Notes: generated by a model not told the origin, from the letters alone. Shown: positions 45,918 through 60,860, numbered from the stretch's first letter. The stretch: DNA of 64,000 nt from the human T2T-CHM13v2.0 reference genome, Homo sapiens (GCF_009914755.1 NC_060938.1), one strand, 5' to 3'. Numbers and translations are program-made.

Positions 45918-46321
45918 TATTTGCCAGAATTGAAGGAAAATTTTCTTCTCCCTCTGGAGAACTCTGCTGTTAATCTTGTTGCCACTAAGGTAGCAGGCTG
46001 AGATGTTGCAGCTAAAGACCGCAGAAGAGACTAACAACCCAATTAAGTTATAATTAGCTGAACTATTTCAGGTGTTTTTAATCAATGCTCTCCTTTCCGT
46101 AAATCATAGGAAAGGTCTTCAGGGGAGAGGGAAGAAATGATGCTTCTATATTAATGCAAATATACACTTGTTGAAGGGCTGGATGAAGGCACAAACATCT
46201 ACTTGGTTGTCTTACTCTTGGAATTAATGCTGACCTCCTCTTTCTTGCTCTTCTCTCTCTCTTACCTCCTCACAGACATACCCAGACACCTGACTGCCAA
46301 CTGCTATAGAAACCCCTCATA

Positions 46322-46545
46322 TAGAACAATGAGAACACCTGGACACAGGGATGGGAGCATCACACACTGGGGCCTGTCGGGGGTGAGGGGAGGGAGAGCA
46401 TTAGGACAAACACTTGATGCATGTAGGGCTTAAAACCTGGATGACAGGTTGGTGGGTGCAGCAAACCACATGGCATATGTATACCTATGTAACCTGCACG
46501 ATCTGCACATGCATCCCAGAACTTAAAGTTAAAAAAAAAAACAAA
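46322..46545 (+). mobile_element. Short L1PA 3'UTR terminus
   Basis: GAACAATGAGAACACCTGGACACAGGG...CCCAGAACTTAAAGT plus A tail. Confidence 0.9.
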
Positions 46546-47689
46546 CTCAAATATTTTGAGTGTGTCCACTCTGCTCCTGCCCTCAACCCTACTTTCTTTC
46601 AATGCCTATCCCACACTGTTATGGGGCAGTCTTTCCAACATGCAAACCCAGTCACATCAGTCCTCTTGACTAACAGTTTTAATGGTTCCTCATGTTTCCA
46701 TTTTGATTGAATTGCCATGGAAGGTATTTCCTCAATTAACCCCAGCCCACCTCTTCAGTCCACCCCACCCACACAGCCTGGCCTTTTGGTCCCACTATGC
46801 CAAGCTATTCATGGCTCACAGAATAAGCCATGCTCTGCCCCAACTCATGCTTCCAAGCAGCCAGTGGCCTCAGCCTGCAAGGCCCCCTTTCTCCTCCCCA
46901 CCCCTTGGTCACCACCTTGGTTTCCACCGTGGCTCTAAAGACTCTTCTGGTGACTCAGGCAAAGGAAATGTATCTCCTTTCTGTGCATCTCCTGGCTGTG
47001 TGTTCTCTTCTCAGTTCGCTCTGCTCCTTCCTACTTTGTTCACGTGGCTGTCCCAGATATTCAACCAGTTTGATTGAAGACATTCAATTTGTTGAGGCAG
47101 AAACATGGAGCAGTTTTATCTTGCAAATGGCTGCTACCAGCTGTGTGTTCCTGTCACTGGCTCTCCTTTCCCTCTAGGGACCCAGTCCCCTTAACAATAT
47201 TTGATTCTCTGTCATAACTCATAAGTCGTCACTTGTGTTTATTAAAACAATCTGGTCTGGTTTCCCATCTCATATATGGTTCAAACTCTCTCTCCCCAGG
47301 GTAAGCTGGACTAGGCTGGGTAGGGGGCAGATCTTATGTCTGAGACTGTCCCCTTCTGACTCATGATGTCACAGTGAAGAGGAGGAGGAGTTTCTCTAAG
47401 TCATTGTTTTCTTCATTGGCTTCAGTGGAGCTGAAGTTGCTGGTGACTCTGCTGTTGTTGACAGCCCTGTGTGTGTGTGTGTGGGTGGAGAGGAGTGTTA
47501 TATAAAGAGTTAATATGGTCAGATGGAAGCCCCAAAACCTCCACGGAAGAGGACTCAGTTCCAAGAAGGTCCCCTGAGCATTGGTGGTTCCTTCCCGGGA
47601 GAACCTACCATAGTTTCCGGCTGACTCCCAGCTGGAGGCACCACACCATGGCCTTGGTATCTGTTCCTCTTTACCTCCTGCCACAATTT

Positions 47690-47977
47690 CTTTTTTTGAG
47701 GCAGAGTCTCACACTGTCACCCAGGCTGTAGTGCAATGGCATGATCTTGGCTCACTGCAACCTCTGCCTCCCAGGTTCAAGTGATTCTCTTGCCTCAGCC
47801 TCCTGAGTAGCTGGGATTACAGGCGCACGCCACCAGGCCCAGCTAATTTTTTGTATTTTTAGTAGGGATGGGGTTTCACCATGTTGGGCAGGCTGGTCTC
47901 AAACTCTTGACCTCGTGATCCTTCCACCTCGGCCTCCCAAAGTGCTGGGATTACAGGCGTTAGCCACCATGCCCAGC
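47690..47977 (-). mobile_element. AluS (Sg/Sc-like)
   Basis: 16-bp TSD CCTCCTGCCACAATTT (47674/47978). Confidence 0.95.
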
Positions 47978-48171
47978 CCTCCTGCCACAATTTTTATTGA
48001 AACAACTTGGTGCTCTTGCTTTGATTTAAAATAGATAAAAAACACTGAATTTATTGTGAATTGTTTTTTTTCTCTTGGCTCTCTTAAAAATCTGTTTCTC
48101 TATGGGCTAAATTAGTGTATCATATGGGCCAAATCACTTTTTAAAAATAGGTAATTTTCAATCATAAATAA

Positions 48172-48460
48172 AGGCTGGTGCAGTGGCTCATGCCAGCACT
48201 TTGGGAGACCAAGGCAGGTGGATTGCTTGAGCCCAGGAGTTTGAGACCAACCCGAGCAACACGGCGAAGCCCTATATCTACAAAAAAATACCAAAATTAG
48301 TCAGGCATGGTGGTGCGCATCTGTGTGGTCCCAGTTACTCAGGAGGCTGAGGTGGGAGGATTGACTGAACCCAGGAGGTCAAGGCTGCAGTGAGCTGAGA
48401 TCATACCACTGCACTCCAACCTGGGTGACAGTGAGACCTGTCTCAATAAATAAATAAATA
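48172..48460 (+). mobile_element. AluJ
   Basis: Dimeric Alu with (TAAA)n tail. Confidence 0.9.
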
Positions 48461-49879
48461 TCCATGGATCTTTAAACTATAATTAGATCTTAGAGGCAAT
48501 CTTGCCCAGCATTTCTCAAAGTATGCTCTGAAGAACTACGAGAGATTCTGTGAAGGCAGTACTCAGTGGCCAAATACGTTTGGGAAATGCCATTCTTATT
48601 CTGTAGAACTCCCTCTCAGAGAGTCATCCCAGATGTCAGAATATCAAAAGCCCCGAGAAGTCCCATGGTAAATAAACCTGGTCAATGTTCTTGAACCTAA
48701 GATTTTGCAAAATGATTTGAGCTCTGAATTCCCCATCTGCACTTTTTACCCTGCGTGCCACCTATTGATCCAGTTTGGGACGTGCTGGCCTGAGTGATGA
48801 GTCAGTGGTATATGCTGGAAATAATATTAAGAAATGGTAGTTACAGGGCTGGATCCATCCTCTTTGTGCTCTGTAGTCCCCCGGGCACAGAGTTTTGTCT
48901 CGACATCACTGCTCCAGCATCTATAAAACATGGGACACTCTAGTTCATTGCAGCTTCCACCTTTGACAAGATAGGTATTACGAAATGACCTTGTGATTCA
49001 GCTGCCAAAAATTAACAGTAAAGCACCAGTAACTCTGTGAATCCTACTAGATTCAGTTTTTAAAATGTATAAACCATTTGTCAAAAGGCAGAAAGGTGGA
49101 TATTGGAAAAGGAAAAACAGATTAATTTTAAACTACTTGACTCAGATATAATCATGAAAAATCAAGGAGGTGAGTTATCAACCATTTTAGTTTTTGTATA
49201 TATTTGGAGTAATATAGAATATTTTTTACATACAATTTTTTTCACACACAAGTTCTCGTCATACATATTACTAAAGATGGATAATACCTAGGTTATGAAA
49301 ACCATATAAACCTGGATTAATCAATTTTTCTTATGTGGTTTTATCAGGCTGTTACAAATCAATTTTAAAAAGACAGGAAAGCAGCTAAATTTGTTGTTAA
49401 TTCTCTGAAGTTGTTGGATAGAAGTAAAAATTCAACCTCAACCCCATATTAAATTCAAGCATTTGGAATCTTAATTCTAAAATTTAGAACTATAAAAAGA
49501 AGAACATTCTAAAAAAATGTGTGTGCGACCTGTATTTTGCTTTGTTTTCTACCTAACTTAATTCTGCCACCCAGCTGAATATTTCAGGTTTCCTTGGTGG
49601 AACGCAGGCTGAGTGCTGAAGGGCTCTAGTCACCTGAGAATGGCATCTGCCTGCCCGTCACCATGCCAACACCCCTGGCTACAAAAAAGGGATTTCCCCT
49701 TTTTCCAGTCTTCCCTCCCATGTGGGACAGGTGCATGCACCCCTACTCCAGGAAGGGCACCATTCCTAATTACAATTGCTTCCTTCCCTCCACTTTTGTG
49801 TGAGAGAAGAAAGCTTGAGATGCAATCCTTTGTCTTTTCAAACATGATTCTTTTGGTTTTGTTTTGTTTTCTCGCTATT

Positions 49880-50490
49880 CTTACTGACGTCTTTGTGTGG
49901 TGCAGCGGCTGGGATCCCACTGCATCTACATGGCAACCAGGAAATCAGTCATTCAGAGTTTCCATGGTAACCAGAGGGGGGGAGGGGTGGAAAAATCCAT
50001 TTTATCACGGTATGCTGTGTCCCTTCCTGGAAGCCTACAGAATTTTTAGACAGAGGTCATTATGAAATCAACAACAACAACAAACGCCCGTTGGCATCAA
50101 GACAGGCCTGTGAACTGGCATCCCCAGGCAGGCTGCAGACTGGGAGGGTGGGAGTGAGCATGCAGCTGACCCCACCATGAGGCACAGGGCGTCGCCTTCT
50201 CCCCTCAGCACAGAGGAGAGGTGACGAATGCCACTTGGTCTCTGCAGCGTCTGTAGAGGGAAGTCTGTAAGCGGGAGTGTCAACCCCAATTGGCAGATTC
50301 TCTGACACTTCAAGTCTGCAAAGGAAAAGCAGGTAACCGACGTTGTGTAAGAAGTGAGCCTCTTGGTTTGGGTGGGGGCACAGCTCTACTTTTATGGTAA
50401 GAGTAGCCCTGACTACGGAAGTGGGCTGAAGGGTGCTGTCCCAAGAAAAGCGGAAGTATCTGTTGAGTCTTGTTTCCTGTCACATCCTGG
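49880..50490 (+). promoter_or_regulatory. Candidate alternative promoter/first exon with RFX and ETS motifs
   Basis: X-box GTTTCCATGGTAAC (49958-49971), CATGGCAAC (49929-49937), near-CRE TGACGTCT (49885). Donor CAG|GTAACC (50332/50333). ETS ACGGAAGTG (50415) and GCGGAAGTA (50450). Non-repetitive sequence with raised CpG. Confidence 0.55.
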
Positions 50491-50989
50491 AGCTGAAGGT
50501 AGTCACATTTCAAATTTAAAAAAAAGAAAGTCATGTGAAGTTAACCAGTGAGATTATCTTTTACAGGCAGGATAATTAGAATCCTCAGTGGTGTAGAATC
50601 TTCCACCTACAGGCGGGTTGAGTTTTATCACAGACGAGAGGGGCCATGGACCTTCAGAAGGCCTTAGCTCCTGGATTTATTTAGTCTGACCTTTGGAGAG
50701 TCAAATTACCAAGAGGTGATCGCACTTCCAACTAAAATTGAGAATGTGCTCCTTGATTTTAAAAAGTCTTCTAATGGCGATATTCTAATAGGCCAGGACA
50801 TAGGGATGTTACTCTATGAATACAGGTCCTTTTTTTTTTTTTTTTTTTTTTTTTTTTGTAAAATGAAAAATTACCTCTCATCTTCCTTTTTAACAGTGGA
50901 AGATTAGGCTTTTCCTTTTTCCTCTTTGGAAGTTGAGATGAACAAATTCTTGATTTCCTTCCCTCTTCACTCCACACTGCCCCCTCCAC

Positions 50990-52710
50990 TCTCTTGAGTC
51001 CATCCTAGTAAATAGCTCCACCAGTCACCATTCACTTTGGAGTCTTCCTCACCCTTACTCTCCTTCCCTCACATCCAAGTCAGCAGCAAATTCTTATAGC
51101 CCTAGTTTCAAAATAGAGCCTGAATCCAATCTCTCCCCCTTGCCTTTACTATTTGTCATCCTAAGCCAAGCCAACATCATCTTTCTAAATTCCAAAAGGC
51201 CCTCCTCATTGTTCTAGTTTCTATTTTGGCTAGCGTCATTCTGGTCTCACAATGCAAGTCAGATCATGTCATGCCCTTGTTCAGACCATTTCCCACCCCG
51301 TGGCTGTACATCACACTCAGAATACAACCGTGACCAACAAAACTCTACGAAGTATAGCCCCCGACTACTGCCCCATCCTTATACCCTATGTGTGCATTCT
51401 GCTCTATCCATGCTGACCCCTCCTTGATGCTTCTGAACACACCCAACTTCTGCAGTCTCAGGGGAGAGTACTGTGCACTTGTTGAAATATTCTCCCCTAG
51501 ATGTTAGGAGGCCTCCTCTCACTTCCTTCAGGTCTCTGTCTAAATGTCTTCTCCTGCAGGAGGATGTTTGTATCAGCCTGGGTATATTAGGAAATAGAAG
51601 GCACACCATTTTTAGGAGAATGAAGGGAGTATTTACAGAGGTATGTGTGGGGATCAGGAAACCAACAGCAAGATCTGATGCCACACCTAGGCTCGAATGG
51701 GCTAGTGTTGGAGGAATGCAGAGATTTGCAGTCCTGGACACCTGTGGGGCTGCCCAGAAGAAGTTGTGGTTCTTGAGGAAGGAAACCAGGACCAGAGAAG
51801 AATGCTGAGGAATAGACACACTGACCTCACTTTCTACCCGCTGGTCTAACACAGATGGAAATCAGAGATCGAGGGAGTTGGAGTAATGAAGTACTGGGTA
51901 CTATACAAGTTATCTACTGGTATATAACAAATGATCCCCAAAACAGCGGTTTCATACAATATATACTTTTTTTCTCTTATAGTTTCTGTGGGTCAGGAAT
52001 TTGGGAGCAGCTTATCTTAACATTTCTGGCCCTCAGTCTAACTTGAGGTTACAGTCAAAATGTCAGTTGTTTGAAGGCTTGTCTGGGGTGGAGGATCCAT
52101 TTCCAAGGTGGCTCGCTTACATGGCTGGCAAGTTGGTGCTGGTTGTTGACAGGAGACCTAAGATCCTCCCCACATCGACCTCTCCACAGGGCAGCTTGAG
52201 TGACCTCACAACATGGCACCTGGTTTCCCCCAGAGCAAATGCTCAAGGAGGCCAAGGTGGAAGCTACAGGGCCTGTTATGACCTAGCCTTGAAAAATCAC
52301 ACATTGTCACTTCAGCCACATTCTATTAGTCACACAGATCAGTTCTGACTCAGTGTGGGAAGAGACTATACCAGAGTATGAACAGTAGAAGCCAAGAAAT
52401 AATTGAGGGCCATCTTGGAGAGCAAAGCAAAGTGGAGAATGAATTGAAAAGGGTGAGGGAGGAGATGGCGATCAGAGAATAACCAGCACCCTTCCTTGAT
52501 CATTCAATTTAAAATACTGGGTACATTCCTGCTGCTCTGTTCCCCTTCACTGCTTTATTTTTCTTCTCAAAATTTAATGCTACCTGACATATTTATTTGT
52601 TAATGATTTTATTTTTGCATTCCCTCACTATCATGTAAAATCCATGAGATCAGAAACACTGTTTTGTTTCCTTCTGGCACCTAGTAAACTTCCAATAAAT
52701 ATTTGTATAT
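50990..52710 (+). mobile_element. L2 interrupted by old LTR insertions (~51570-52480, MLT1-like on -)
   Basis: L2 motifs CAAGTCAGCAGCAAATTC and TCAGGTCTCTGTCTAAATGTC resume at ~52490 and end AATAAATATTTG. Insert contains ATAACAAATGATCCCCAAAAC...TCTGTGGGTCAGGAATTTGGG. Confidence 0.75.
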
Positions 52711-52754
52711 TCAAATGTATAAATTATACCTAATTTTAGATACAAAGCAAATGC

Positions 52755-52919
52755 TTTTTTTTTTTTTTTTGAGACAAGGTTTCACTCTGTTGCCCATGAT
52801 GGAGTGCAGTGTCATGATTGTTGCAGCTCATTGCAGCCTCTATCTTTTGGGCTCAGGTGATCCTCCCACTTTAGCCTCCCAAGTAGTTGGGACTATAGGC
52901 GGGTACCACCATGCCTGCC
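52755..52919 (-). mobile_element. Alu right-arm fragment (AluJ)
   Basis: Poly(T) then GAGACAAGGTTTCACTCTG. Confidence 0.85.
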
Positions 52920-53523
52920 TAATAAAAAATAAATGCTTTTAAATGGCCAATTCCAGTAATATCCCCATCCTTTTTAAACCAAAAAGTTGTTCCTCCCAAC
53001 CCAACTCCATCCCTAAAAAGACTAATACTAATCACGGAATTAAAACTTTGTTTCTGGGAGTTTTGGAAGCAGCATAGTTGCCTCTTGGTCCTTTCTCTTT
53101 CTTCAGCTTCTGTTGTTTTCATTTGGCTGTTCCTTGGAGATTTTATTTTTGTTTTTTGCACTCCCACCCTTAATTTTAGAAGCAAGTTTTCATATTTCTT
53201 CCTCTTAAAGTAAGTTGTCTCTTATGTGGCTGTTAAAATTGCCTGTTTATGTGGCTCCCATTTGAGTTCTCTTTGCGGCAATCTTATTTAAAAAACAGCT
53301 CTCATGAAAAAAATAAACCCCTCCCTCCTAATCTTCTTCCTTATTCTCTTTCTTCTGTTTATTCCTGAAATCTACCAAGTGTACCAGTGAAAATTTCTTG
53401 TCTTCTGTGGCACATATGAGGCTAAAAAATTGCTGACCTATGGTTACTGACAGTCGGAGGAAAAGAACAGATTACAAGCAGAAAAACATTTCTTCTGGGC
53501 ACTGGGGAACATGTAGAGTCCAT

Positions 53524-53952
53524 TGTATTAGGCTGTTCTTGCATTGCTATAAAGAAATATCTGAGACTGGATAATTTATAAAGAAAAGAGGTTTAATTGG
53601 CTCTCCATTCTGCAGTCTGAACAGGAAGCATGGTGCTGACATCTGCTCAGCTTCTAGGGAGGCCTGAGGAAGCTTACAATCATGGTAGAAGGTGAAGAGG
53701 GTTCAGGCACATCACATGGCAAAAGCAGGAGCAAGAGAGAGAGAGTGGGAGGGGGGTGCCACCCACTTTTAAGTGATCAGATCTTCTGTGAACTCAGAGT
53801 GAGAGCTCACTTATCACTAAGGGAATGTCCCAAGCCATTCATGGGGGATCCACCCCCATGATCAAAACACCTCCCACCAGGCCCCACCTCCAACACTGGG
53901 AATTACAGTTCAACATGAGATTTGGGTGGGGACAAATATCCAAAGCATATCA
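53524..53952 (-). mobile_element. MST-type MaLR LTR
   Basis: TGTATTAGGCTGTTCTTGCATTGCTATAAAGAAATATCTGAGACTGG...ACCTCCCACCAGGCCCCACCTCCAACACTGGG...ATATCA. Confidence 0.9.
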
Positions 53953-56829
53953 CCTGCATAGGCAATGCCAACCCACCGTGGAGCTTATGTACACAATGTT
54001 ATCCCAGTTAATTGATTATAAGAAAAGGCAGCCTCAGGAACATTTGCACCCAAATCTAGAGAGGGTGGAAGGATGATTTTTGTCCTCCATCAGCCCTAGA
54101 AACTGATGACAAATTAACACATTTCCAGATACCAAGTGGGAGAAACCAGCCCCTTAGCTTATAAAACAGGTTCCCTTGGAGCGGGGAGATAATCTGGTGT
54201 CAAAAGATATAACTTGGCTCCCCATATGCATACTCATCATTCTACACAAAATCTACACAGAAATCTTCATTGTAAATGCTTTGATCATAAGATGCACTTC
54301 GTATCACCATCAGCTTTTGACCCAATGGTACTGGAGCAGCAGTTTTGACTCTTATACTAAGAGTACATACTAACCTCATCATTTACTTATATCATAAATG
54401 GGAACAGTGAGTTTCTATTGTTCTTGTGGAGTTCATTTACTCATTTGACAAAGATTTAGTGAGTGCTTACTGTATATCAGGCACCATCAAGACCCTGCCT
54501 GATCAAGAACACAATTGTTCTTTTCCTACAGACTTAAGGGTAGAAAGATGTTTTTATTTTCCCATCTGATGATTGTCATAGATGGTGAGTCTTTGAAGAG
54601 TTTCCTTAGACAGTTATTCCATAATGAAATGGGAGTCTGTCTCACTAATAAATAGATTAAGCAAATATGTCCATTCTGAACACTTTAATTTCTTCTTTAA
54701 AATCTTATCTTTTCTCTAGTGGTGCCTTCTCAGCTGTGGGGCATGAACAACTTTCTTCTCTCTTGCCTATAGTATTTGTGGTTATTGCTGCCACGTCCTT
54801 CAGATATAAAACCATTGATGTATGTAATCCTTAAATAAAGGTGCAGGTAATGTCATTTTTCCACTTTTACATCAGCTCTGCACCAAGTGTGTTGCTAGAA
54901 TTTTGGTAGGATTTACTGAAGTCATATTATGCTGTTAATTTTCAGTTTATGCAAATCTACTTTCTAGATGTAAAAATTTAGCAGTGAGGGATGTACGTAA
55001 ATATTTTAATGGTAAATAAATGACTTGGCTGTGGTCTGGGTAAATTTCAGTATTCTGAACTAGGAAGGAATCAATGACCATAACTGATCTTGAGCCTGTA
55101 ACTCACTCTTTTCATTGGAAAATAAAATCATAAACAATAATGTATAATGAACAAACTTGCCATACTAACAGATACTATAGGACTTTGTTAACATTTTAAA
55201 AATTAAAAAGAGCCCTACAGAAACTTGACTTATCTTCCTCCTCCTAAAATGAATCTCTGGACCTTACTTGTCATGTTTTTGCCTTTATTCATATATGCAA
55301 ATAAGATTTATTGCACACCTACTGTGTCCTATGCACTGAGCACTGTGCAAGGCACCAGAGATACAAGACTGAGTAAGACATTACCTATGAATTCTAGGAT
55401 TTCACATGTGGTTGAAGATAGAGGTAAATGTGCAATGATAATACAATGTGATAAGAGCTATAACCAGGATGAAGAAGTGGTAATTTGTCGGGGCAGGGGA
55501 GGGGTCCCTAGCTTAGTCATTTTCCTTTATAAAACTGCACAAAAATAGTAATTCGCTAAGGAATCTTAATTATAGATTATTTTTGCCAAGTCAATAATTT
55601 GAGACTTACAATTGTACTCTATACTACATAATTCTTCTCTGTTGAAATTTCCCTGTGTAATCATACAAGTAATACTTAAAGAATGTTGAACAGCTTCTTA
55701 CTAAAGTAACGGAAATCATTTTAGCAACATTTCATGAGAAGTGTTTTGCATCACTGCAAATGTACCTTCAGAGTTCACAGATTTGCCAGAAGAGCAATCA
55801 ATTGACAACGCTTTCCTTCATAAGAGCTTTCTACATATAGTGGGACTTCATTATCATCTAAGTAAAGAATAGATTTTTTTTTCCTGCTGGTTTAATGTTA
55901 TTACTTGGTCGGTAACTTCAGGGTCTTTCCTTTTCCAAAATCACTATCACATTTCCCCCCTTGCTACATCCTCTTCTCATTTTTTGATTTCTGGGGACAT
56001 TTTTGGTAATATTTTAAGCAGCCTTAGTAGTTGTTCACTCATTCTCTTAAATTTTTAGCTGATTTTATAAAATGTTCTGGTATTTTCAAAATGGTCAGTA
56101 GTGGTCATAACTTTCTTCCATAGGACCTAATTGTTTATATTCAGTTAAAGTTAACAAACAAATACTGAGTGCACGCAATGTACAAAGTGCTGTGCGAGGT
56201 GGGTGCTGAAGATGAAGAGATGCGAGACCTAGCCCTTGCCCTCAGGGAGTGGCAGGTCTAGTTATCACACTCTAGTGGACTCTGATGAAAGGGACACATT
56301 CACAAGCCATAGTTCCCTCCACTGCTATGGTTCTGTTCGTGAAATTCTGTCATAGAAAATTCAAAATGAGAACCTGAAAACTTAGGTACAGAATAGAGCC
56401 AGAGGAGCCAAGGAAGGTCACAAGTAAATTTATGAAAACCCCTTCCAGTAGGGAAATCAACAAAGACATAAAGAAAAATGCCTTCAAACAGCTCCTTTAA
56501 TTTCCTATCCTCTTTTGCCAACCTATTTACTGACAAAATAGATCACACTGTCTGGTCTACATTTTTGGCACAGAAAAACTAAGTCTTGCCTTTCTGCCTT
56601 GCCTATAAATTATTGGAGTTATTATTGTATAGCTTTTCTTTCAAGATACTTCAAAATGACTTACATGTGTGATATTAATCTTGCAGATTTGTATCCTTTA
56701 ATTCTGACATTCCTTTTAAAGGACTATTTTTCCAAGGCTTTGTGGGTGCACAGTGTTCTCTAACCTCTGTCACACTTTGCTGCTAACTCCCTCTTCTTGA
56801 TCTTGTTGCCCGTTTCCTGTTGTCCCTGA

Positions 56830-57139
<310 letters not shown>

Positions 57140-57440
57140 TGATCTTCAGGGACTTTGTGGAAGCAACAAGTTTTACTTCGCAGAATCAGTGTTTCTGTTT
57201 TTATGGTAGTAACACATTTGGTTTAAATTCTTTCACCTGACCCCAGTCAATAGCCCAGCTCCAACTTCTGCTGGTGGAGGAAGGGTTTGGAACAGTTTCT
57301 GCTTATGGGAAGACCAGAACTTCAGAAACATACAAGGCAGCCCTGGTTTGGGGAGTGTGGAGCCCTTGTTCCTAGTAGCCTGGTCAAACTCTCTCTGGGC
57401 ACAACTGTTGGTATCCACAGCAAGGCCTCCATGGCTCTTT

Positions 57441-57760
57441 TTAAAATTTTTTCTTTGTTTTTATTTTTATTTTTTAGGTAGAGTCTTGCTTTGTTGCCCA
57501 GGCTGGAGTGCAGTGGTGCTATCTTGGCTCACTGCAACCTCCTCCTCCAGGGTTGCAAGCAATTTTCCTGCCTCAGCCCCCCCGAGTAGCTGGGATTACA
57601 GGTACCCGCCACCACGCCTGGCTAATTTTTGTATTTTTAGTGGAGATGGGGTTTTGCCATGTTGGCCAGGCTGCTCTCAAACCCCTGACCTCAAGTGATC
57701 CTCCTACCTTGGCCTCCCAAGGTGCTGGGATTACAGGCGTGAGCCACCGCACCCGGCCGG
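57441..57760 (-). mobile_element. AluS
   Basis: TSD CCATGGCTCTTT/CCGTGGCTCTTT (57429/57761). Confidence 0.93.
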
Positions 57761-58857
57761 CCGTGGCTCTTTCTTACCTACTTCCGGCTCTGGCTATGCC
57801 TCCCTCCCGTCTTTTGCCTTCTCCCTGCCTGTGTCCCTCTGTGCTACTGTCCTCTTCAGTAAGACCTCAGGCTTCATGGTTAGCCCTCCTCCAGCCGCCT
57901 TCTTCAATCTCCATCTACTCTTGGCCTCCTTACCCATCCCCTTCCTCTCCTCATCAACATTTATGTTTGTTTTCTCGTGAGGGGTTAGGAAAGCAAGCAT
58001 CTTTAACTCATTCATCACCGATAGCCTCCCCAGGAGTGTATGTATATATGCAACACACACATGTATACATATATGTGTGACATTTCAGGCAATATCAGAG
58101 AAGGATCTGGGGGGCTTCGCACTACTGGCTGTGCCCAGAGCAAAAGGAGAGAACTCATGGTTCCAACACATTTCTCTCTGATGAAAGAGTTGGCTATCAC
58201 TCTTCATGTCCCTTGTCCCACTAGCTTTCGTGCTGGGCCGTGAGACAGAGACTGGCATTTTTCATTAGTGAAGGCCAGGCACTCTCTCTCCAGAAAGATT
58301 AGTTCTGCCCACCCACCCCCTGACTCTCTTCGAGCCAAATATGATTCAGTCTTCTTGGCTCCTAACAGCTGGGCTTAGGCTCAGATGTCTGGAGGGAGAG
58401 AATGATCCTGTGACACACAGATCAGATCATGATTATATCTTTTTGAAGAACTCTTTAAAGAGGCTTCTATTCCCTTTAGCTGATCCAAGAAATGCCTGGA
58501 ATTCTAGCTTTTCTGTGATAAAATAACAGCTCAGTAATTTATTTATTCTTGATTACTATTCAGCTGAACAATTAAGCAAGCCATTAAATGTACCATCAAT
58601 GTGTAAGAGTGGACAAGATTTATGACTACATGGATTTACCTTTTTGTTCCCATTTTACTCTTCCTTCTTCCCTGCAGCCCACACATGCACTCAAGGGCTG
58701 GCTTTGCTGGCACAGCTGATGGCTCCTTTCTGATAGGAAACAGAGAGAGAGAGAGAGAGACTGACCAACAGACCTACCTATCAAAGCTGAGACAGGGAAG
58801 AAAAAGTAGGGAGGGCTCAGCCACAGAAGGCAAGTCAATCAAAAAATAAAGAACTAG

Positions 58858-59137
<280 letters not shown>

Positions 59138-59367
59138 AAAAAATAAAGAACTAGCTGGGCATGGCGGGGGAGGAGAGAGAAGGAGGTGTACAGCATTGCA
59201 GAGAGATTAAAGAGTTTGGGGATTTGGCATATGAGATGCTCTGGGACAGTTGGAATGTGGCAAAGATTTGAGAGTGCAGAAGGGGATGTGAGAAGTGTTT
59301 CTAGCTTATTCATCAGTCTCTTTAAAGTTCCTACAGAGATACAAATAAAGAATAGCTTTCTTTTTAA

Positions 59368-59676
<309 letters not shown>

Positions 59677-59959
59677 TTAATATTTATTTTCTAATTACTT
59701 TTTTGTTGCCAGACTATGCTTCTTTATAAGAAGTTCAATGCAGAAATGGAACTAGGAGTTGTCCCAGAATTTTTTAGGCTTGCCCATATAACAAATATTC
59801 AGAATTTTGTGTGCATGTGCCATGGATTTCTATAGAAAATTTGCAAAATATATATATAGAGAGGGAGGGATTTTATTTCTTACCCCATGACCAACTTCTC
59901 ATTTTTGAGACTTCCTTTTCCTCCCCTCACTCAAAGGAATGGAATTTCTGCCAATGATG

Positions 59960-60860
59960 CCTTTTCATTATACAAACATCTGTTGACTCTGCTGTGTGAC
60001 AAGCAAATGTGGACCTAACCTTAATGGACCCAAATGCTAATGGGTGAGATGCACATCTAACAAAACCTGAAAATAATGGCCTTAGTGCTGAAATGGAAGT
60101 AGAGGCAAGGCACCAGTCATACTCACAGAAAACGAAGCACCTGCCTAGTTTCCACGGCCAGGGAAGGCTTCTGAGAAAAGCTGAGTCCTAAAGGATAAGT
60201 AGGGGTTTACTAGCAGGCAAAATAGAGGAAGGGATAGGGCATTTCTGGCAACAGAAATAGCATGTGCCAAGATGCAGGGAGAAAGCAGCACAGTCCCATC
60301 AGGAACCTGTTGTGAAGGTTGTAGGATATAAGGCTGCGACAGGCCCTAAGGTGAGAATGTGGACAGGTGACATCACAGAAGGCTTTGTATGCCATGCAGA
60401 GGAATTAAGGCATATATCCTGTAAGCAACCTGGAGGGGAAGATACTGAAGAATTATAGTAGGAAAGTGACTTGATCAACTCTCCATCTCAGCAATGTACT
60501 TCTGATGGGGATGGCTTCGAAGAGAGACTGGAGGTAGGAGGACAAAGTAGAAAGTATTGTAATTGCACAGAAAAAACCAAAGCATTTGTAAAATAAGACA
60601 GTGGCAAGAGGAAGAGAGAGGAGGGGTTTGGGCAAGGAGATAGTTTGGTGGTGAGAAGGAAAGGAAGAGGAACTTTAAATCAGATTGGGATAACAAAGAT
60701 AAAAGGTTTTGGGATTATTCTTATATTCCTGATGTGGGCAACTGGTTTGTATTCCTCATTAAATGAAATGGAGAATATAGAAAGAGGAACAGGCTTTGGA
60801 TGAAGGTATAGTACATAATTTGGGGATTATTAAACATAACTCCAAGGAACATCCAGCTAG
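59960..60860 (-). mobile_element. L2 fragment
   Basis: CAGGGAAGGCTTCTGAG...GGCATTTCTGGCAACAGAAATAGCATGTGCCAAG...GAAGGCTTTGTATGCCATG. Confidence 0.75.

Noticed and set aside
49613-50065. 150-aa ORF with hydrophobic stretch
   Set aside because: Starts at GTG; the hydrophobic segment comes from a T-rich tract; the region is better explained as regulatory.
50829-50858. Long poly(T) as a retrocopy tail
   Set aside because: No adjacent Alu, L1 or cDNA body, or TSD, recognisable.
57508-58080. 190-aa ORF and other Alu-frame ORFs (e.g. 15891, 32770, 45555, 59011)
   Set aside because: Translations are standard Alu-derived peptides plus low-complexity flank.
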